NCBI GenBank assembly: GCA_963793425.1
Contig: CAWCAG010000007.1
Coordinates: forward strand, 224,001 to 288,000
DNA from: an uncultured cyanobacterium
Lineage (GTDB): Bacteria; Cyanobacteriota; Cyanobacteriia; Cyanobacteriales; CAWCAG01
Length of the DNA: 64,000 nt
Direction: 5' to 3'
A program made the position numbers and the translations under genes. Positions 51,012 through 61,855 of this stretch are shown here, piece after piece. The notes under the pieces were generated by a model, which had not been told where the DNA came from, made no database searches, and saw only the letters and a program-made list of their open reading frames with translations. How positions within the stretch are numbered: the first letter of the stretch is position 1; each line of letters starts with the position of its first letter.

Positions 51012-51045
51012 AATGTAGAGACATTTTACACAATGCCTCTACATT
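51012..51045. repeat. GTAG-type REP-like palindrome / possible terminator
   Basis: AATGTAGAGACATT...AATGCCTCTACATT between convergent genes. Confidence 0.6.
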
Positions 51046-51066
51046 AAGGAAATTAGCTTTTAGATT

Positions 51067-51183
51067 TATGGCCTTTCTCGGACTGATGAGGTACATTTCT
51101 ATTTCCAGGCTTCCACTAGCTACTAGCTACTAGCCAAAGCGCAAAAACCAGGCTGTACCTCACGCTTACCAAGAATTGCTATA
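51067..51183. repeat. Small inverted-repeat element (TATAGC...GCTATA-type MITE-like)
   Basis: Ends TATGGCCTTTCTCGG / CCAAGAATTGCTATA (11/15 match); inner inverted repeat TGAGGTACA/TGTACCTCA. Confidence 0.5.
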
Positions 51184-51187
51184 TAAT

Positions 51188-51709
51188 TTACATATTCTCT
51201 TTAAGTACCTTTGCCTTCTCACTTAAAGATTCTGGGGCTGACTTAATATTTTCTTGCAGATTTTCAAAGTTCTTCTTCGCACCTTCGGAAACATTGCTGG
51301 AGAACTCTTTAACCGAACTACCGATATCTTCACCTAAATTTTCAACTCTTTCTCCGATTGGTTCACCGTTTTTGAAGCTTTCAGCAAATTCTTCAGGATT
51401 TTCTGATCTGTTGAGATTGGTTTTAGCCTGATCTTTAGTAGCTTTTGCCTTAGCTTTCATGCCAGAGGTGTTTTGACGAGGATCTGTATCACTATATTGA
51501 TTCATGCCCCCTTCACGAGGTTGAATAGTTTCATAGAGTTCAGTTTGGTTAGGAATTGCCTTATTTGTGCTTCCTTGTGAAGCATTAACAGAAGATGAGT
51601 CTCCGCAAGCTGTGGTGATTAATAAAAAGACTCCTGCCAAGAAAACGCTCAAAATCCGAGCCAATCCCAGACGTTTGTAAGCTGAAATTATTTTATTCAT
51701 TTTATTCAT
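51188..51709 (-). CDS. Hypothetical lipoprotein-like protein
   Basis: Hydrophobic N-terminus with LITTAC lipobox-like motif, GGMNQYSDTDPR, helical hydrophilic tail. Confidence 0.65.
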   Translation of the reverse strand: MNKMNKIISAYKRLGLARILSVFLAGVFLLITTACGDSSSVNASQGSTNKAIPNQTELYETIQPREGGMNQYSDTDPRQNTSGMKAKAKATKDQAKTNLNRSENPEEFAESFKNGEPIGERVENLGEDIGSSVKEFSSNVSEGAKKNFENLQENIKSAPESLSEKAKVLKENM

Positions 51710-51879
51710 TAGATATTTTTGCAGACTTCACAAACTAATTTTCCCTGTAAACCGCAGGAAAGCAATCTTTATTTATAGCGAAAAATGTCTTTGGCTTCGC
51801 TTTGCTTTCTATGCCAGAAGAAACAATTTTTGTCTGACTCTTGACTATCTAAAGAAATAATATTTGTTCTAGGGGAAGC

Positions 51880-51930
51880 AAAGCAACCCAAGTAGGGTAG
51901 CTATTGCCCACCCTACTTGGGTTGCTTTTT
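51880..51930. terminator. 19-bp-stem hairpin (REP core), likely terminator downstream of ctaB
   Basis: AAAGCAACCCAAGTAGGGT / ACCCTACTTGGGTTGCTTT perfect inverted repeat. Confidence 0.75.
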
Positions 51931-51939
51931 AATTCCGGG

Positions 51940-52896
51940 TTAAACGATCAACTTATCTACATTGCTAATAACAATGTCAATTAAATGTTGAGTTAAAGGC
52001 AAACAGTCAACCACAATAGCGGTACATAACAGCATCATGTAAAGTATGGAATACTTAAACAAAGATTTCGCTAACTGCTTGTCGGTCGGTGCTTGTTTTA
52101 ACTGCCAGGCTTTACGTAGGAAAATATAGCCCAAAACTGTAGCCACTACGCCATAAACTACTCCTAACCCTCCAAAAGGATAAATTAAACCGAAAGTAGC
52201 AGGTACAACTAACAGAGTATAAAGCCAAATTTGCTTAACAGTGGCTTCTTCCCCAGCTACCACGGGTAACATCGGTACATTAACCTGGGCATAATCGTCG
52301 CGGATCATCAAAGCTAAGGCCCAGAAATGGGGTGGTGTCCACAGGAAAATAATCATAAATAATAATCCTGCTGCCCAACTTAGATTACCCGTCACCGCAG
52401 CCCAACCTACCAAAGGAGGAATAGAACCTGCCGCACCACCAATGACGATATTTTGGGTGCTATGGCGTTTGAGTAGGTGGGTATAAATGAACATATAGAA
52501 AACGATGCCAGACATGGCTAGTAAGGCGCTGAGGAGATTAGCGAAAACTGCTAACAGGGTAAAAGAAATAAAGGCCAAAACTGAAGCGAAAATCGCTGCA
52601 TCTCTAGGACTAACCCGTCCAGAAGGGATAGGACGATTGCGAGTCCGCTTCATTTCATAGTCAATATCTCGGTCGTAAATACAGTTTAAAGTTTGGGCAG
52701 AAGCAGCAGCTAAGGTTCCCCCCACTAAAGTTACGAACAATAATAAGGGGTCTACTTCACCTTCTGAGGCTAGCCAAACTGCGGCGGCGGTAGTGATAAG
52801 TAGTAGAGGAATAATGCGGGGCTTGGTTAACTGATAATAGCTGTGGATAACTTCCCCTAAGTTTTCATTGCGGCGGGAAATGCTTGTCCCAATCAT
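51940..52896 (-). CDS. ctaB: Protoheme IX farnesyltransferase (heme o synthase)
   Basis: [39 protein letters not shown]. Confidence 0.96.
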   Translation of the reverse strand: MIGTSISRRNENLGEVIHSYYQLTKPRIIPLLLITTAAAVWLASEGEVDPLLLFVTLVGGTLAAASAQTLNCIYDRDIDYEMKRTRNRPIPSGRVSPRDAAIFASVLAFISFTLLAVFANLLSALLAMSGIVFYMFIYTHLLKRHSTQNIVIGGAAGSIPPLVGWAAVTGNLSWAAGLLFMIIFLWTPPHFWALALMIRDDYAQVNVPMLPVVAGEEATVKQIWLYTLLVVPATFGLIYPFGGLGVVYGVVATVLGYIFLRKAWQLKQAPTDKQLAKSLFKYSILYMMLLCTAIVVDCLPLTQHLIDIVISNVDKLIV

Positions 52897-53043
52897 ATAT
52901 TCACACCAAATAAGTTTTTTCGTTGTTTGTTGTTGCTAATGCAGGAACTTAATTTGACTCACTAGTTTCTCAAGGTGAAAATCCAACTCCAGTATTACTT
53001 TTGACTTTTGACTTTTGAATGTATGACTTGTTACAAAGCAGCA

Positions 53044-53961
53044 CTAGGTTTGTGCCAATTGCCGCTCCCTGATACTCAATACGGTAAAGGCTAACAAAGT
53101 TCCTAGCAAAGCCGCACCAATGGCTTGATGAGTTACGGTTAAGGGTTCGACTTGAAGATGTAGCTTGAAAGTTGCCACACCTAAGATAATTTGTAACAAG
53201 ACTAAGACTCCAGAGTAATTTGCTAGTTGACTCAGGAGAGGATTTAAGCCAGAGGTACGCCAGGAAATGATTACTACGGCTACGGTAGCAATAGTGGGGG
53301 GGAAAACACCAATAATGTGGCTGTTCATGACAGCACATAACTGAGATGTACCGAAGCATTGGTGCAAAGCCCAACGGGAACCGACTAACCCTCCCAATAA
53401 ACTTTGTAAGTAAACTAAAACAGTGGCAGTTAAACCTAACCAAGGCAACTTTCCTACAGCAGAAGTACTTTGGTAAGAGCTAAGACTCGCACCGATAATA
53501 ATCAAAGTACTAAAGAATAATAAAGCTGTTCCTAAATGGGCTGTAACAATATCAAACCGCAACATTTGGGTTACAGTTAGCCCTCCCAAAACAGCTTGGA
53601 AAACAATTAAGCTAAGGGCAAGTAAAGTTGCCCAAGGTAGCCAAGCCGGGAGATCCCGACGATACCACCAACTCATAGCCACTAAAATTAGACTACTAAA
53701 ACCAATCAAACCTGCGTCTAAGCGGTGAAACCATTCTAGAAACACCTGAAGATTCATCTGTTGACTAGGGATTAGCTGCCCGTAACATAAAGGCCAGTCA
53801 GGACAGGCAAGTCCAGCATTCATCACCCGTGTAGCGCTACCCACTGCCATTAATAACCAAGTAGCGATCACAATTTTCCAGACGAAGCTGCGAATAAAAT
53901 TTTTAATTTGAGAGTTTGGGAGGGAAGAAGCAATTTTTCGATCAATTACTGATTCTGCCAT
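53044..53961 (-). CDS. ctaA: Heme A synthase (COX15/CtaA)
   Basis: GLACPDWPLC, EWFHR, LGGLTV, VTAHLG. Confidence 0.95.
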   Translation of the reverse strand: MAESVIDRKIASSLPNSQIKNFIRSFVWKIVIATWLLMAVGSATRVMNAGLACPDWPLCYGQLIPSQQMNLQVFLEWFHRLDAGLIGFSSLILVAMSWWYRRDLPAWLPWATLLALSLIVFQAVLGGLTVTQMLRFDIVTAHLGTALLFFSTLIIIGASLSSYQSTSAVGKLPWLGLTATVLVYLQSLLGGLVGSRWALHQCFGTSQLCAVMNSHIIGVFPPTIATVAVVIISWRTSGLNPLLSQLANYSGVLVLLQIILGVATFKLHLQVEPLTVTHQAIGAALLGTLLAFTVLSIRERQLAQT

Positions 53962-54216
53962 AATGCTTTAGTGCTTATCTTTTAAGTTCCTCCGGCAGTG
54001 AGCCATTACTTCTATTATTGAGCTAGCAAATCTAGAAAAAAGTTAAACAAACCTTAAATCTAGTCAAATCACTCTTTTTTGTTCGCGAAGATCCTGAAAA
54101 AAAACCAAAGAAAACTGTAAATTAAGCATTGCTGTCTCCCCTAACTTGATAGATTGTTTTACCTTGGTAACTGGAGGGAAAAGCAAAACCCTGAAACATT
54201 GAGCGCAAAAAAAACT

Positions 54217-55173
54217 GTGAATATTCCAAGTAGCATTACAACCCTAATCGCTGGTATCGCTTTAACTCTCGTCAGCCTCTGGTACGGACAAAATCATGGA
54301 CTGTTACCGGTACAAGCTTCAGCAGAAGCAGCCCAGGTGGATGGAATTTTTGACTTCATGATGACCATTGCTACTGGGCTGTTTTTTCTCGTCCAGGGGG
54401 TGCTAATTTTTTCAGTTATTAAATTCCGCCGACGCAAAGGGGATCAAACTGACGGCCCACCAATCGAAGGCAATATTCCCCTAGAGATTCTTTGGACAGC
54501 AATTCCTACGGTAATTGTTTTTATTATCGCCATTTATAGCTTTGAGGTTTATAACACCATGGGAGGCTTAGATCCGATGGCTTCTATGGATAACCGTCCT
54601 CAACAAAATCTTGTTGCCCTTAATCCTAGTCAGGGTGAAGTGGCTTTAGGATTAGGATCTTCCCCTTACGCCCCCACAGAAGATTCACCCTTGGAAGTTG
54701 ATGTTAATGGTCTTCAGTATGCCTGGATCTTTACCTACCCAGAAACTGGTGTCATTAGTGGCGATTTACATATTCCTTTAGGGCGGGAGGTGAAATTAAA
54801 TATTGCTGCCCAAGATGTACTCCACGCTTTTTGGCTACCAGAATTCCGCATTAAACAAGATGCAATTCCGGGACGCACTGCCCAATTGAGATTTACTGCT
54901 ACTCGCCCGGGCCAATATCCCATAATTTGTGCTGAACTTTGTGGCCCCTACCATGGCGGCATGAAGGCTCAGCTTTTTGTCCAGACTCCAGAAGAATATA
55001 ACCAGTGGATGGAGGAAAACTCACAATATTATTCTCAAAATCAATTGGATAAAGCAGTAGCTTTGCAAACAGCAAATAATTCTCCTGCTGCTGTGATCGC
55101 ACCTTTTGCTGAGGATATGGGAGTAACTCCCCAAGTTTTAGATGAATTACACGCTTTACATCACCACCAATAA
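54217..55173 (+). CDS. coxB: aa3 cytochrome c oxidase subunit II
   Basis: LEILWT, DVLHAFW, CAELCGPYHGGM CuA site. Likely start is GTG 54217. Confidence 0.95.
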   Translation: MNIPSSITTLIAGIALTLVSLWYGQNHGLLPVQASAEAAQVDGIFDFMMTIATGLFFLVQGVLIFSVIKFRRRKGDQTDGPPIEGNIPLEILWTAIPTVIVFIIAIYSFEVYNTMGGLDPMASMDNRPQQNLVALNPSQGEVALGLGSSPYAPTEDSPLEVDVNGLQYAWIFTYPETGVISGDLHIPLGREVKLNIAAQDVLHAFWLPEFRIKQDAIPGRTAQLRFTATRPGQYPIICAELCGPYHGGMKAQLFVQTPEEYNQWMEENSQYYSQNQLDKAVALQTANNSPAAVIAPFAEDMGVTPQVLDELHALHHHQ

Positions 55174-55179
55174 CCAAAA

Positions 55180-56867
55180 ATGACCCAAGTACAAGTTCCT
55201 GAAACTGCGCCAAAACCTGCGCCCTCGCCCCATGCCCATCCTGAAAAGTGGGCTTGGTGGCAATATTTCACTTTTAATACCGACCATAAGGTAATTGGTA
55301 TTCAATACCTAGTCACATCTTTTCTCTTTTACTTAGTGGGGGGAACCTTAGCAGAAGGAGTCCGTACTGAATTAGCAACCCCAGCACCGGATTTCGTCAC
55401 CCCAGAAGTATATAACCAGCTTTTCACCATGCACGCCACGGTGATGATTTTTCTCTGGATTATACCTGCGGGGGCTGCTTTTGCTAATTATTTAATTCCT
55501 TTAATGATCGGGCCAAGGATATGGCTTTCCCCCGGTTAAATGCAGTGGCGTTTTGGATGCTGCCTCCTGGGGGTATTTTCTTGATGTGTAGCTTCTTTGT
55601 GGGTGCGCCGCAAACAGGTTGGACAGCTTATCCTCCCTTGAGTTTAGTTTCTGGGCAGTGGGGACAAGAAATTTGGATTCTTAGCGTCCTGTTGTTGGGA
55701 ACTTCTTCGATGTTAGGTTCCATTAACTTCGCCACCACCATCTTGAAAATGCGTATCCCGGATATGACTATCCATGATATGCCTCTATTTTGTTGGTCAA
55801 TGTTAGCCCTTTCTGGTTTAACCCTAATTGGGACACCAGTTTTAGCGGGGGCAGTAATTTTACTTTCTTTTGATTTAATTGCCGGAACCAATTTCTTCAA
55901 CCCTGCCGGAGGAGGAGATCCCATTGTTTATCAGCATATGTTCTGGTTTTACTCCCACCCGGCAGTTTATATTATGATTCTGCCGATTTTCGGTATGATC
56001 TCGGAAATCTTACCCACCCATTCTCGCCAACCAATTTTTGGTTATCGGGCGATCGCCTATTCTAGTTTAGCGATCGCCTTTTTAGGCTTAATCGTCTGGG
56101 CCCACCATATGTTTACCAGTGGGACTCCTGGCTGGATGCGGATGTTTTTCATGGCTGCTACCATGATTATCGCCGTACCCACAGGCATCAAAGTCTTTGG
56201 TTGGTGTGCCACCATTTGGGGAGGCAAAATCAGCTTAAACACCCCTATGTTATTCGCCATTGGCTTCCTTTCTGCCTTCCTAATTGGGGGATTGAGTGGA
56301 GTAATGTTAGCCTCTGTTCCCTTTGACATCCACGTCCACGACACCTACTTTGTGGTTGCCCACCTCCACTACGTCCTCTTCGGTGGTAGCGTTTTAGGAC
56401 TCTTCGCCGGAATTTACCATTGGTATCCCAAAATGACCGGGCGGATGTATAACGAATTTTGGGGTCGGGTTCACTTTGTTTTCACCTTCATCGGTTTAAA
56501 CATGACCTTCTTACCCATGCACAAATTAGGTTTAATGGGTATGAATCGTCGCATTGCCCTTTATGATCCACAATTCCAAGACTTAAATATAGTTTGTACC
56601 ATCGGTTCCTATATTTTGGCTGTTTCCACAGTTCCTTTTATCATCAACGCCATTTGGAGTTGGTTCAAAGGGCCTCAAGCAACCTACAATCCTTGGAAAG
56701 CCTTAACCCTAGAGTGGCAAACCACCTCTCCCCCTGCCATAGAAAACTTCGACGAAGAGCCAATTCTTTGGTGTGGCCCTTACGACTACGGTATTGACGG
56801 CGAAGGTATAGATGCGGAGTTAACAGTAGAAGACTTACTGGCAGAAGTTAAGGCTGATGCAGTTTGA
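55180..56867 (+). CDS. coxA: aa3 cytochrome c oxidase subunit I, with a single-base frameshift at 55510-55512
   Basis: TDHKVIGIQY and MHATVM in the first ORF; MAFPRLN, WFYSHPAVY, WAHHM and HDTYFVVAHLHY in the second. Adding one G restores PLMIGAKDMAFPRLN. Confidence 0.93.
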
Positions 56868-56918
56868 TATGGCTAGTTGCTAGTCGCTAATTGATAAAAG
56901 AAGGAAAAATAATCAACT

Positions 56919-57545
56919 ATGCAAGGTTCAACTTCAATAGATTCGTCGAAAACAACTCTCAATTATCAGGGTGAATTAGAAACAGGGGCAGCCCATGAGG
57001 AACATCCTGATTTGCGGATGTTTGGCTTAGTCTTGTTTCTGGTGGCTGAGAGTATGATCTTTCTCGGTTTGTTTGCGGCTTATTTAATTTATCATTTCAC
57101 TATGCCCGTTTGGCCCCCAGAAGGTCAGCCGGAGTTGGAACTTTTACTGCCAACCATTAACACAGTGATCCTCATCTCCAGCAGCTTTGTCATGCACAAA
57201 GGGCAAAGTGCAATTAAGAAAGATGATACTAAAGGGTTGCAACTTTGGTTTGGTATAACTGCTGTGATGGGAGCAATTTTCTTAGTCGGACAAGCTTATG
57301 AATATAGCCATTTAGAATTCGGTTTAACTAGTAATATTTTTGCTAGTTGTTTCTATGTCTTAACCGGATTCCACGGTTTGCACGTCACTTTAGGCTTGTT
57401 ACTAATCCTGGCTGTTTTGTGGCGATCGCGCGAAGAAAAGCACTATTCTGGTGCAGAACATTTTGGTGTGGAAGCTGCTGAACTTTATTGGCACTTTGTT
57501 GATGTAGTTTGGATTATTCTTTTCGGTTTAGTTTATTTGCTTTAA
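56919..57545 (+). CDS. coxC: Cytochrome c oxidase subunit III
   Basis: FLVAESMIF, LTGFHGLHV, YWHFVDVVW. Confidence 0.96.
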   Translation: MQGSTSIDSSKTTLNYQGELETGAAHEEHPDLRMFGLVLFLVAESMIFLGLFAAYLIYHFTMPVWPPEGQPELELLLPTINTVILISSSFVMHKGQSAIKKDDTKGLQLWFGITAVMGAIFLVGQAYEYSHLEFGLTSNIFASCFYVLTGFHGLHVTLGLLLILAVLWRSREEKHYSGAEHFGVEAAELYWHFVDVVWIILFGLVYLL

Positions 57546-57553
57546 CAGAGTCG

Positions 57554-57575
57554 GGGCAATAGACTCATTGCCCCA
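57554..57575 (+). terminator. Hairpin after coxC
   Basis: GGGGCAAT-AGACTC-ATTGCCCC; no U tract follows. Confidence 0.45.
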
Positions 57576-57773
57576 ACACAAAGCCACTTATTAATCTATG
57601 AAAGCGATCGCCCTAATCATTTATCATTATTGGCGTTTCGCGTAGTAAATGCGACAATGCTCCGCAAACGTGTAAACGTTGTCGTATTTACTATGCGTTG
57701 CCGTAGGCTACATTAAACATTTAATAGAAAATCAAAATTCTCTGTAGGGGCGACCTGTTTTCCTTACCTTAGC

Positions 57774-58061
57774 CAATTAACAATTTAAGTAAAAGTCCAA
57801 TCTGTCAAACCCCTGTGGTTAGATTCAGCAACGTAGGGTGTGTTGGTGCTGCGAAAAATTATGGCAAGTCTACCACAATCTTGATTCAGCGCTTAACGCA
57901 CCGTCTTAGCTTTTTCACTTCAAGATGGTGCGTTACGCTTGCAGCTAACGACACCCTACGAACTACAGATAAGAAACGACAAAAACCTCCCCTCGACCTC
58001 TCTCTCTTACCCCTGCCAAAGCCCTTGAAAAATTGCGTTTTGGCTTAACTTGTCACGATTG
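57774..58061. mobile_element. Second (inverted) copy of the 290-bp MITE
   Basis: Reverse complement of 14873-15162 with about a dozen substitutions (counted by eye); one TIR is degenerate and there is no clear target duplication. Confidence 0.9.
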
Positions 58062-58144
58062 GCTAATGGCTAAGATAGAAGATTATGGTGCGGATCGCTT
58101 ATACCAGTCACTTAACTAAACCGGAGAAGGCTTACCGCCAATAA

Positions 58145-59920
58145 TTTGTAACTATCCTTTACCTGAATATTAACCAGCTAACGGCACTACCAGCAGAAAT
58201 AGTCCAACTACCCAAATTAAAAAGACTTTACCTACAGGGCAATCCTCTCCCCATTTCTCCTGAAATTCTGGCTGATAATAACGCAAAAAGTATTCTTAAC
58301 TTTTACTTCGCCACCCAAGACCCCAACGCTACAGAAAAACTCTACGAAGCCAAATTCCTCATCGTCGGCGAAGGGGGAGCGGGAAAAACCTCCCTGGCTA
58401 AAAAGATTCAAGATTCGGAATACAAACTCAATCCCAATGAAAAATCTACCCACAGCATAGAAGTAATTCAATGGCGCTTTCCCCTTGATGATGGGCAAGA
58501 ATTTCGCGCCAACCTCTGGGACTTTGGGGGGTAGGCAATCTACCACCAAACTCACCAATTTTTCCTCACAAAACGCTCCCTTTATGCCCTCGTCGCCGAC
58601 ACTCGTAAGGAAAATACTGACTTTCCCTATTGGCTCAACTCCATAGAATTCTTTGGTGGGGATAGTCCGGTGTTGTTGATTAAGAATGAGAAAAACGATC
58701 GCCCCTGCAATGTTAACGAGGGAAGACTAAAAAGAGACTTTCATTACATCAAAGAAATTTTACCCACCAACCTTAAAGATGGTCGCGGTTTAGAAGAGAT
58801 TAAAACCGCCATCCGCTACCACATTAGCCGCCTGGAATATGTCGGTACTCCTTTACCTAAAAAATGGGACCGGGTGCGTTATGCCCTGGAAAATGATGCC
58901 CGTAACTATATTGATCAGGGTGATTACTTTGCCCTGTGTAAAAGAAATGGAGTGAGGGAGAGAGAAGAAATGCTGCAAATTAGTGACTTCCTACATAAAT
59001 TGGGTATCTGTCTCCACTTTCAAGAAGATTCTACCCTCAAACATATTGTCATTCTCCGTCCCGAATGGGCTACTAATGCTGTTTATGCGGTGTTAAAAAA
59101 TAACAAAGTTGCTGCGGCTAAAGGTTTATTTACTTCCTCTGACCTCAAAGAAATTTGGCAAGAGAGGCAATATACCCATATGGGAGATGAATTGCTGCAA
59201 CTGATGGAGAGGTTTAAGCTTTGCTACCCCATCCCTGGCTTACCGCAACATTATATTGCCCCGCAACTCCTGGAATTTGAACCACCAGATTATGATTGGG
59301 AGGAGAAAAATAACTTGATGCTGCGCTACGAATATGAGTTTATGCCCAAGGGCATCATCACCCAACTTATTGTCCGGCTTTATCGCTGGATTGAACAACA
59401 GCAAATTGTTTGGCGTAGCGGTGTCGTCCTTAACAATAGTCGCGCCCGCGCCGAAGTCATCGAAACATATCGCCCCTATAAAGGAGAAATCTGCCTCCAG
59501 GTTTCTGGTGTCCAGAATAAGGAACTTCTCAGCGTGGTGGCTAACGAAATTGACCAAATAAATAGTTCTTTTGAAAGAATAGATGTTAGTAAAAAGATTC
59601 CCTGTAACTGCCAGGAATGCCAGAAAGATCCTGACCCCTATTTCTTTAACTTAGAAACCCTCTATCGCGCCCTTGATAAAAAGCATTATACAATCGATTG
59701 CCACAAAAGCTTTGAAGATGTGAATGTTCGCAGCTTAACGGCTGTGGTAGCAAGTGACTTCTTGTTAGGAGGAGATAAAAAACAAATTGAGCAAGAAAGA
59801 TTTGAACGCTTAAAAGAGCAACATACTGAATATTACCAACCTAACACTGATTTGAGCGACAATATTTTTATTAATGCTGGGGTCGCTTTTCTTGATGGTT
59901 TGAGCGGGGAACCTGATTAA
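58145..59920 (+). pseudogene. LRR-Roc-COR (Roco) gene, 5'-truncated, with an in-frame amber codon
   Basis: LYLNINQLTALPAEIVQLPKLKRLYLQGNPL (LRR), IVGEGGAGKTSL (P-loop), WDFGG*AIYHQTHQFFL (TAG 58532-58534), IKNEKND, then a COR domain in the same frame. No start codon upstream of the LRR. Confidence 0.85.
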
Positions 59921-60012
59921 GACTAATTCGGTGGGGAGTAGCATCGTATCAAACGTCAAAAAGCTTACCGCCCGCGAAATCCCCAAAAATAATCTGTGCA
60001 ACCAAACCGGAT

Positions 60013-60717
60013 TTAGTATGAGTCCTTGTTAAGGAAATCCACCTGAAACACCTCAGCAAAAGCTGCCGCTATATCTTGGCGTACAACTTCAAACTTGATT
60101 CCTGGCTTAAACTGAGCTAAACTAGCAACTGGCTTATGGGCAATACCACAAGGGACAATAGGCTCAAAACCTGTCAGATCAGGACAAATATTTAAAGCAA
60201 AACCGTGCATAGTAATCCAACGACTAACCTTAATACCAATCGCTGCTACCTTACACCCTTCTAACCAAACCCCCGTTAAACCAGGTTCCCTTACCCCAGG
60301 AAGTCCGTAGGTTTTTAAGACTGTGATAATTACTTCTTCCAATTGCCGTAAATACCAATGTAAATCCTGTTGGTAGTAACGCAGATTAAGAATAGGATAA
60401 CCCACTAGTTGCCCTGGACAGTGGTAAGTAACTTCTCCTCCTCGTTCAATACGATGAACTTCCCAATTACTCTGGTGAGGGGAAAATTTGAGAAAATCTA
60501 ATTTCGCTCCTTTGCCCAAGGTATAAACCGGGGGATGCTCTAACAATAAGAGTACATCATCAAGTTGGGGATTTTCTTTTCTCTGTGCTACTAAGGAAAG
60601 CTGTTCTTGCCAAGCAATTTTGTAGGGGGTTAAGCCTCGATTGCATAACACACATTGCCTTCTTAATTCAACAGCATTTATAGCTTTTACCTCAGAATTT
60701 ACTTTAAAAAATGTCAA
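60013..60717 (-). CDS. lipB: Lipoyl(octanoyl) transferase LipB; start uncertain
   Basis: [47 protein letters not shown]. Confidence 0.93.
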   Translation of the reverse strand: MTFFKVNSEVKAINAVELRRQCVLCNRGLTPYKIAWQEQLSLVAQRKENPQLDDVLLLLEHPPVYTLGKGAKLDFLKFSPHQSNWEVHRIERGGEVTYHCPGQLVGYPILNLRYYQQDLHWYLRQLEEVIITVLKTYGLPGVREPGLTGVWLEGCKVAAIGIKVSRWITMHGFALNICPDLTGFEPIVPCGIAHKPVASLAQFKPGIKFEVVRQDIAAAFAEVFQVDFLNKDSY

Positions 60718-61154
60718 GGGATGCAAAGGATAATAAAGAGAACTTCTTTTGAATATACTTTCTAGGATACAAAGTGTTAAGATAAGGTTATAGAGCAAGT
60801 TGCGAAGGAGGAAACTTATCAAATCTTACTCCAAAGCTTAGCCAGAGTATAGCTAAAAAAAAGACTATCTTTTTAGTTAGAACCCATAGATACATTCATG
60901 GTTCTTTTTCAAACAAAATAATCTTGTAGCCTAGCTAGGTTAGCTAATACTGAGCTTTAGTGTCAAGGTTTGGAGGCAATTTTTATCTTCAATAAATGTT
61001 TCAATCAACCAATTTTCTCAGTTGGAGAAAGATCAAGGCTTTATGCCAGATAAATTACAAAGATTTAGATTAGCATCCCTAGCTAAAAAAAGGGAAGAAA
61101 TTTTCTTCTTTGCTTCCAACGGAAAACTTAGCAGAACGAAATGGAGTAGTCAAT

Positions 61155-61820
61155 ATGAAGCTTTTGATCCAGGGCAATAATATTGTAGTTACCGATGCAA
61201 TTCGTGAGTATGTTCACACCAAATTAGAGAAATCTGTTCGACACTTCCAAAATATCACTAGTACCATTGATGTACACTTATCGGTAGGACGCAATCCCCG
61301 GATAACAGGCAGACAAACGGCAGAGGTTACTGTCCATGCAAATGGTACTGTAATACGGGCCCAAGAGAGTAGCGAAGATTTATACGCCAGCATTGATTTG
61401 GTTTCTGATAAAATAGCTCGTCAGCTACGCAAGTATAAAGAAAAACATTTACACAAAAAGACCCATGCCCAGCCGAAAACTGGCATCATGATTGAAGAGG
61501 AGCCAGTAGTAGAAAATTTAGTCGGCGATCGCACTCCTGAATTACCTAGTGAGGTGGTACGGACAAAGTATTTTACTATGCCACCAATGAGTGTGGAGGA
61601 AGCTTTAGCAAGCTTGCAATTAGTTGACCATGATTTTTATATGTTCTGCAACCAAGAAACAGGACAAATTAATGTCATTTACCAACGCAATCATGGCGGT
61701 TATGGTGTAATTATACCTCGTCTTAGTAACGGGAATAGCAATGGTAAGAATGGTAGTAATGGTGACGAAGCAGAAGTGGATTATGAATCATTAGAAGTAT
61801 ATCCTGCTGCACAAGTTTAA
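61155..61820 (+). CDS. lrtA: Ribosome hibernation factor (long HPF / LrtA)
   Basis: [63 protein letters not shown]. Confidence 0.95.
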   Translation: MKLLIQGNNIVVTDAIREYVHTKLEKSVRHFQNITSTIDVHLSVGRNPRITGRQTAEVTVHANGTVIRAQESSEDLYASIDLVSDKIARQLRKYKEKHLHKKTHAQPKTGIMIEEEPVVENLVGDRTPELPSEVVRTKYFTMPPMSVEEALASLQLVDHDFYMFCNQETGQINVIYQRNHGGYGVIIPRLSNGNSNGKNGSNGDEAEVDYESLEVYPAAQV

Positions 61821-61827
61821 TTCAGTC

Positions 61828-61855
61828 GGGACGAGGAAACCCTCGTCCTCGTCCC
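61828..61855. terminator. GC-rich hairpin between convergent genes
   Basis: GGACGAGG-AAAC-CCTCGTCC. Confidence 0.55.

Noticed and set aside
57759..57770. TTCCTTACCTT shared between the flank of MITE copy 2 and the interrupted spacer
   Set aside because: Only 11 bp and in the wrong orientation relative to the inverted element; probably chance.
13004..58534. Possible TAG recoding (two in-frame amber codons)
   Set aside because: Many intact genes here end in TAG (for example 9935, 21162, 34414, 41605), so the genetic code is standard.
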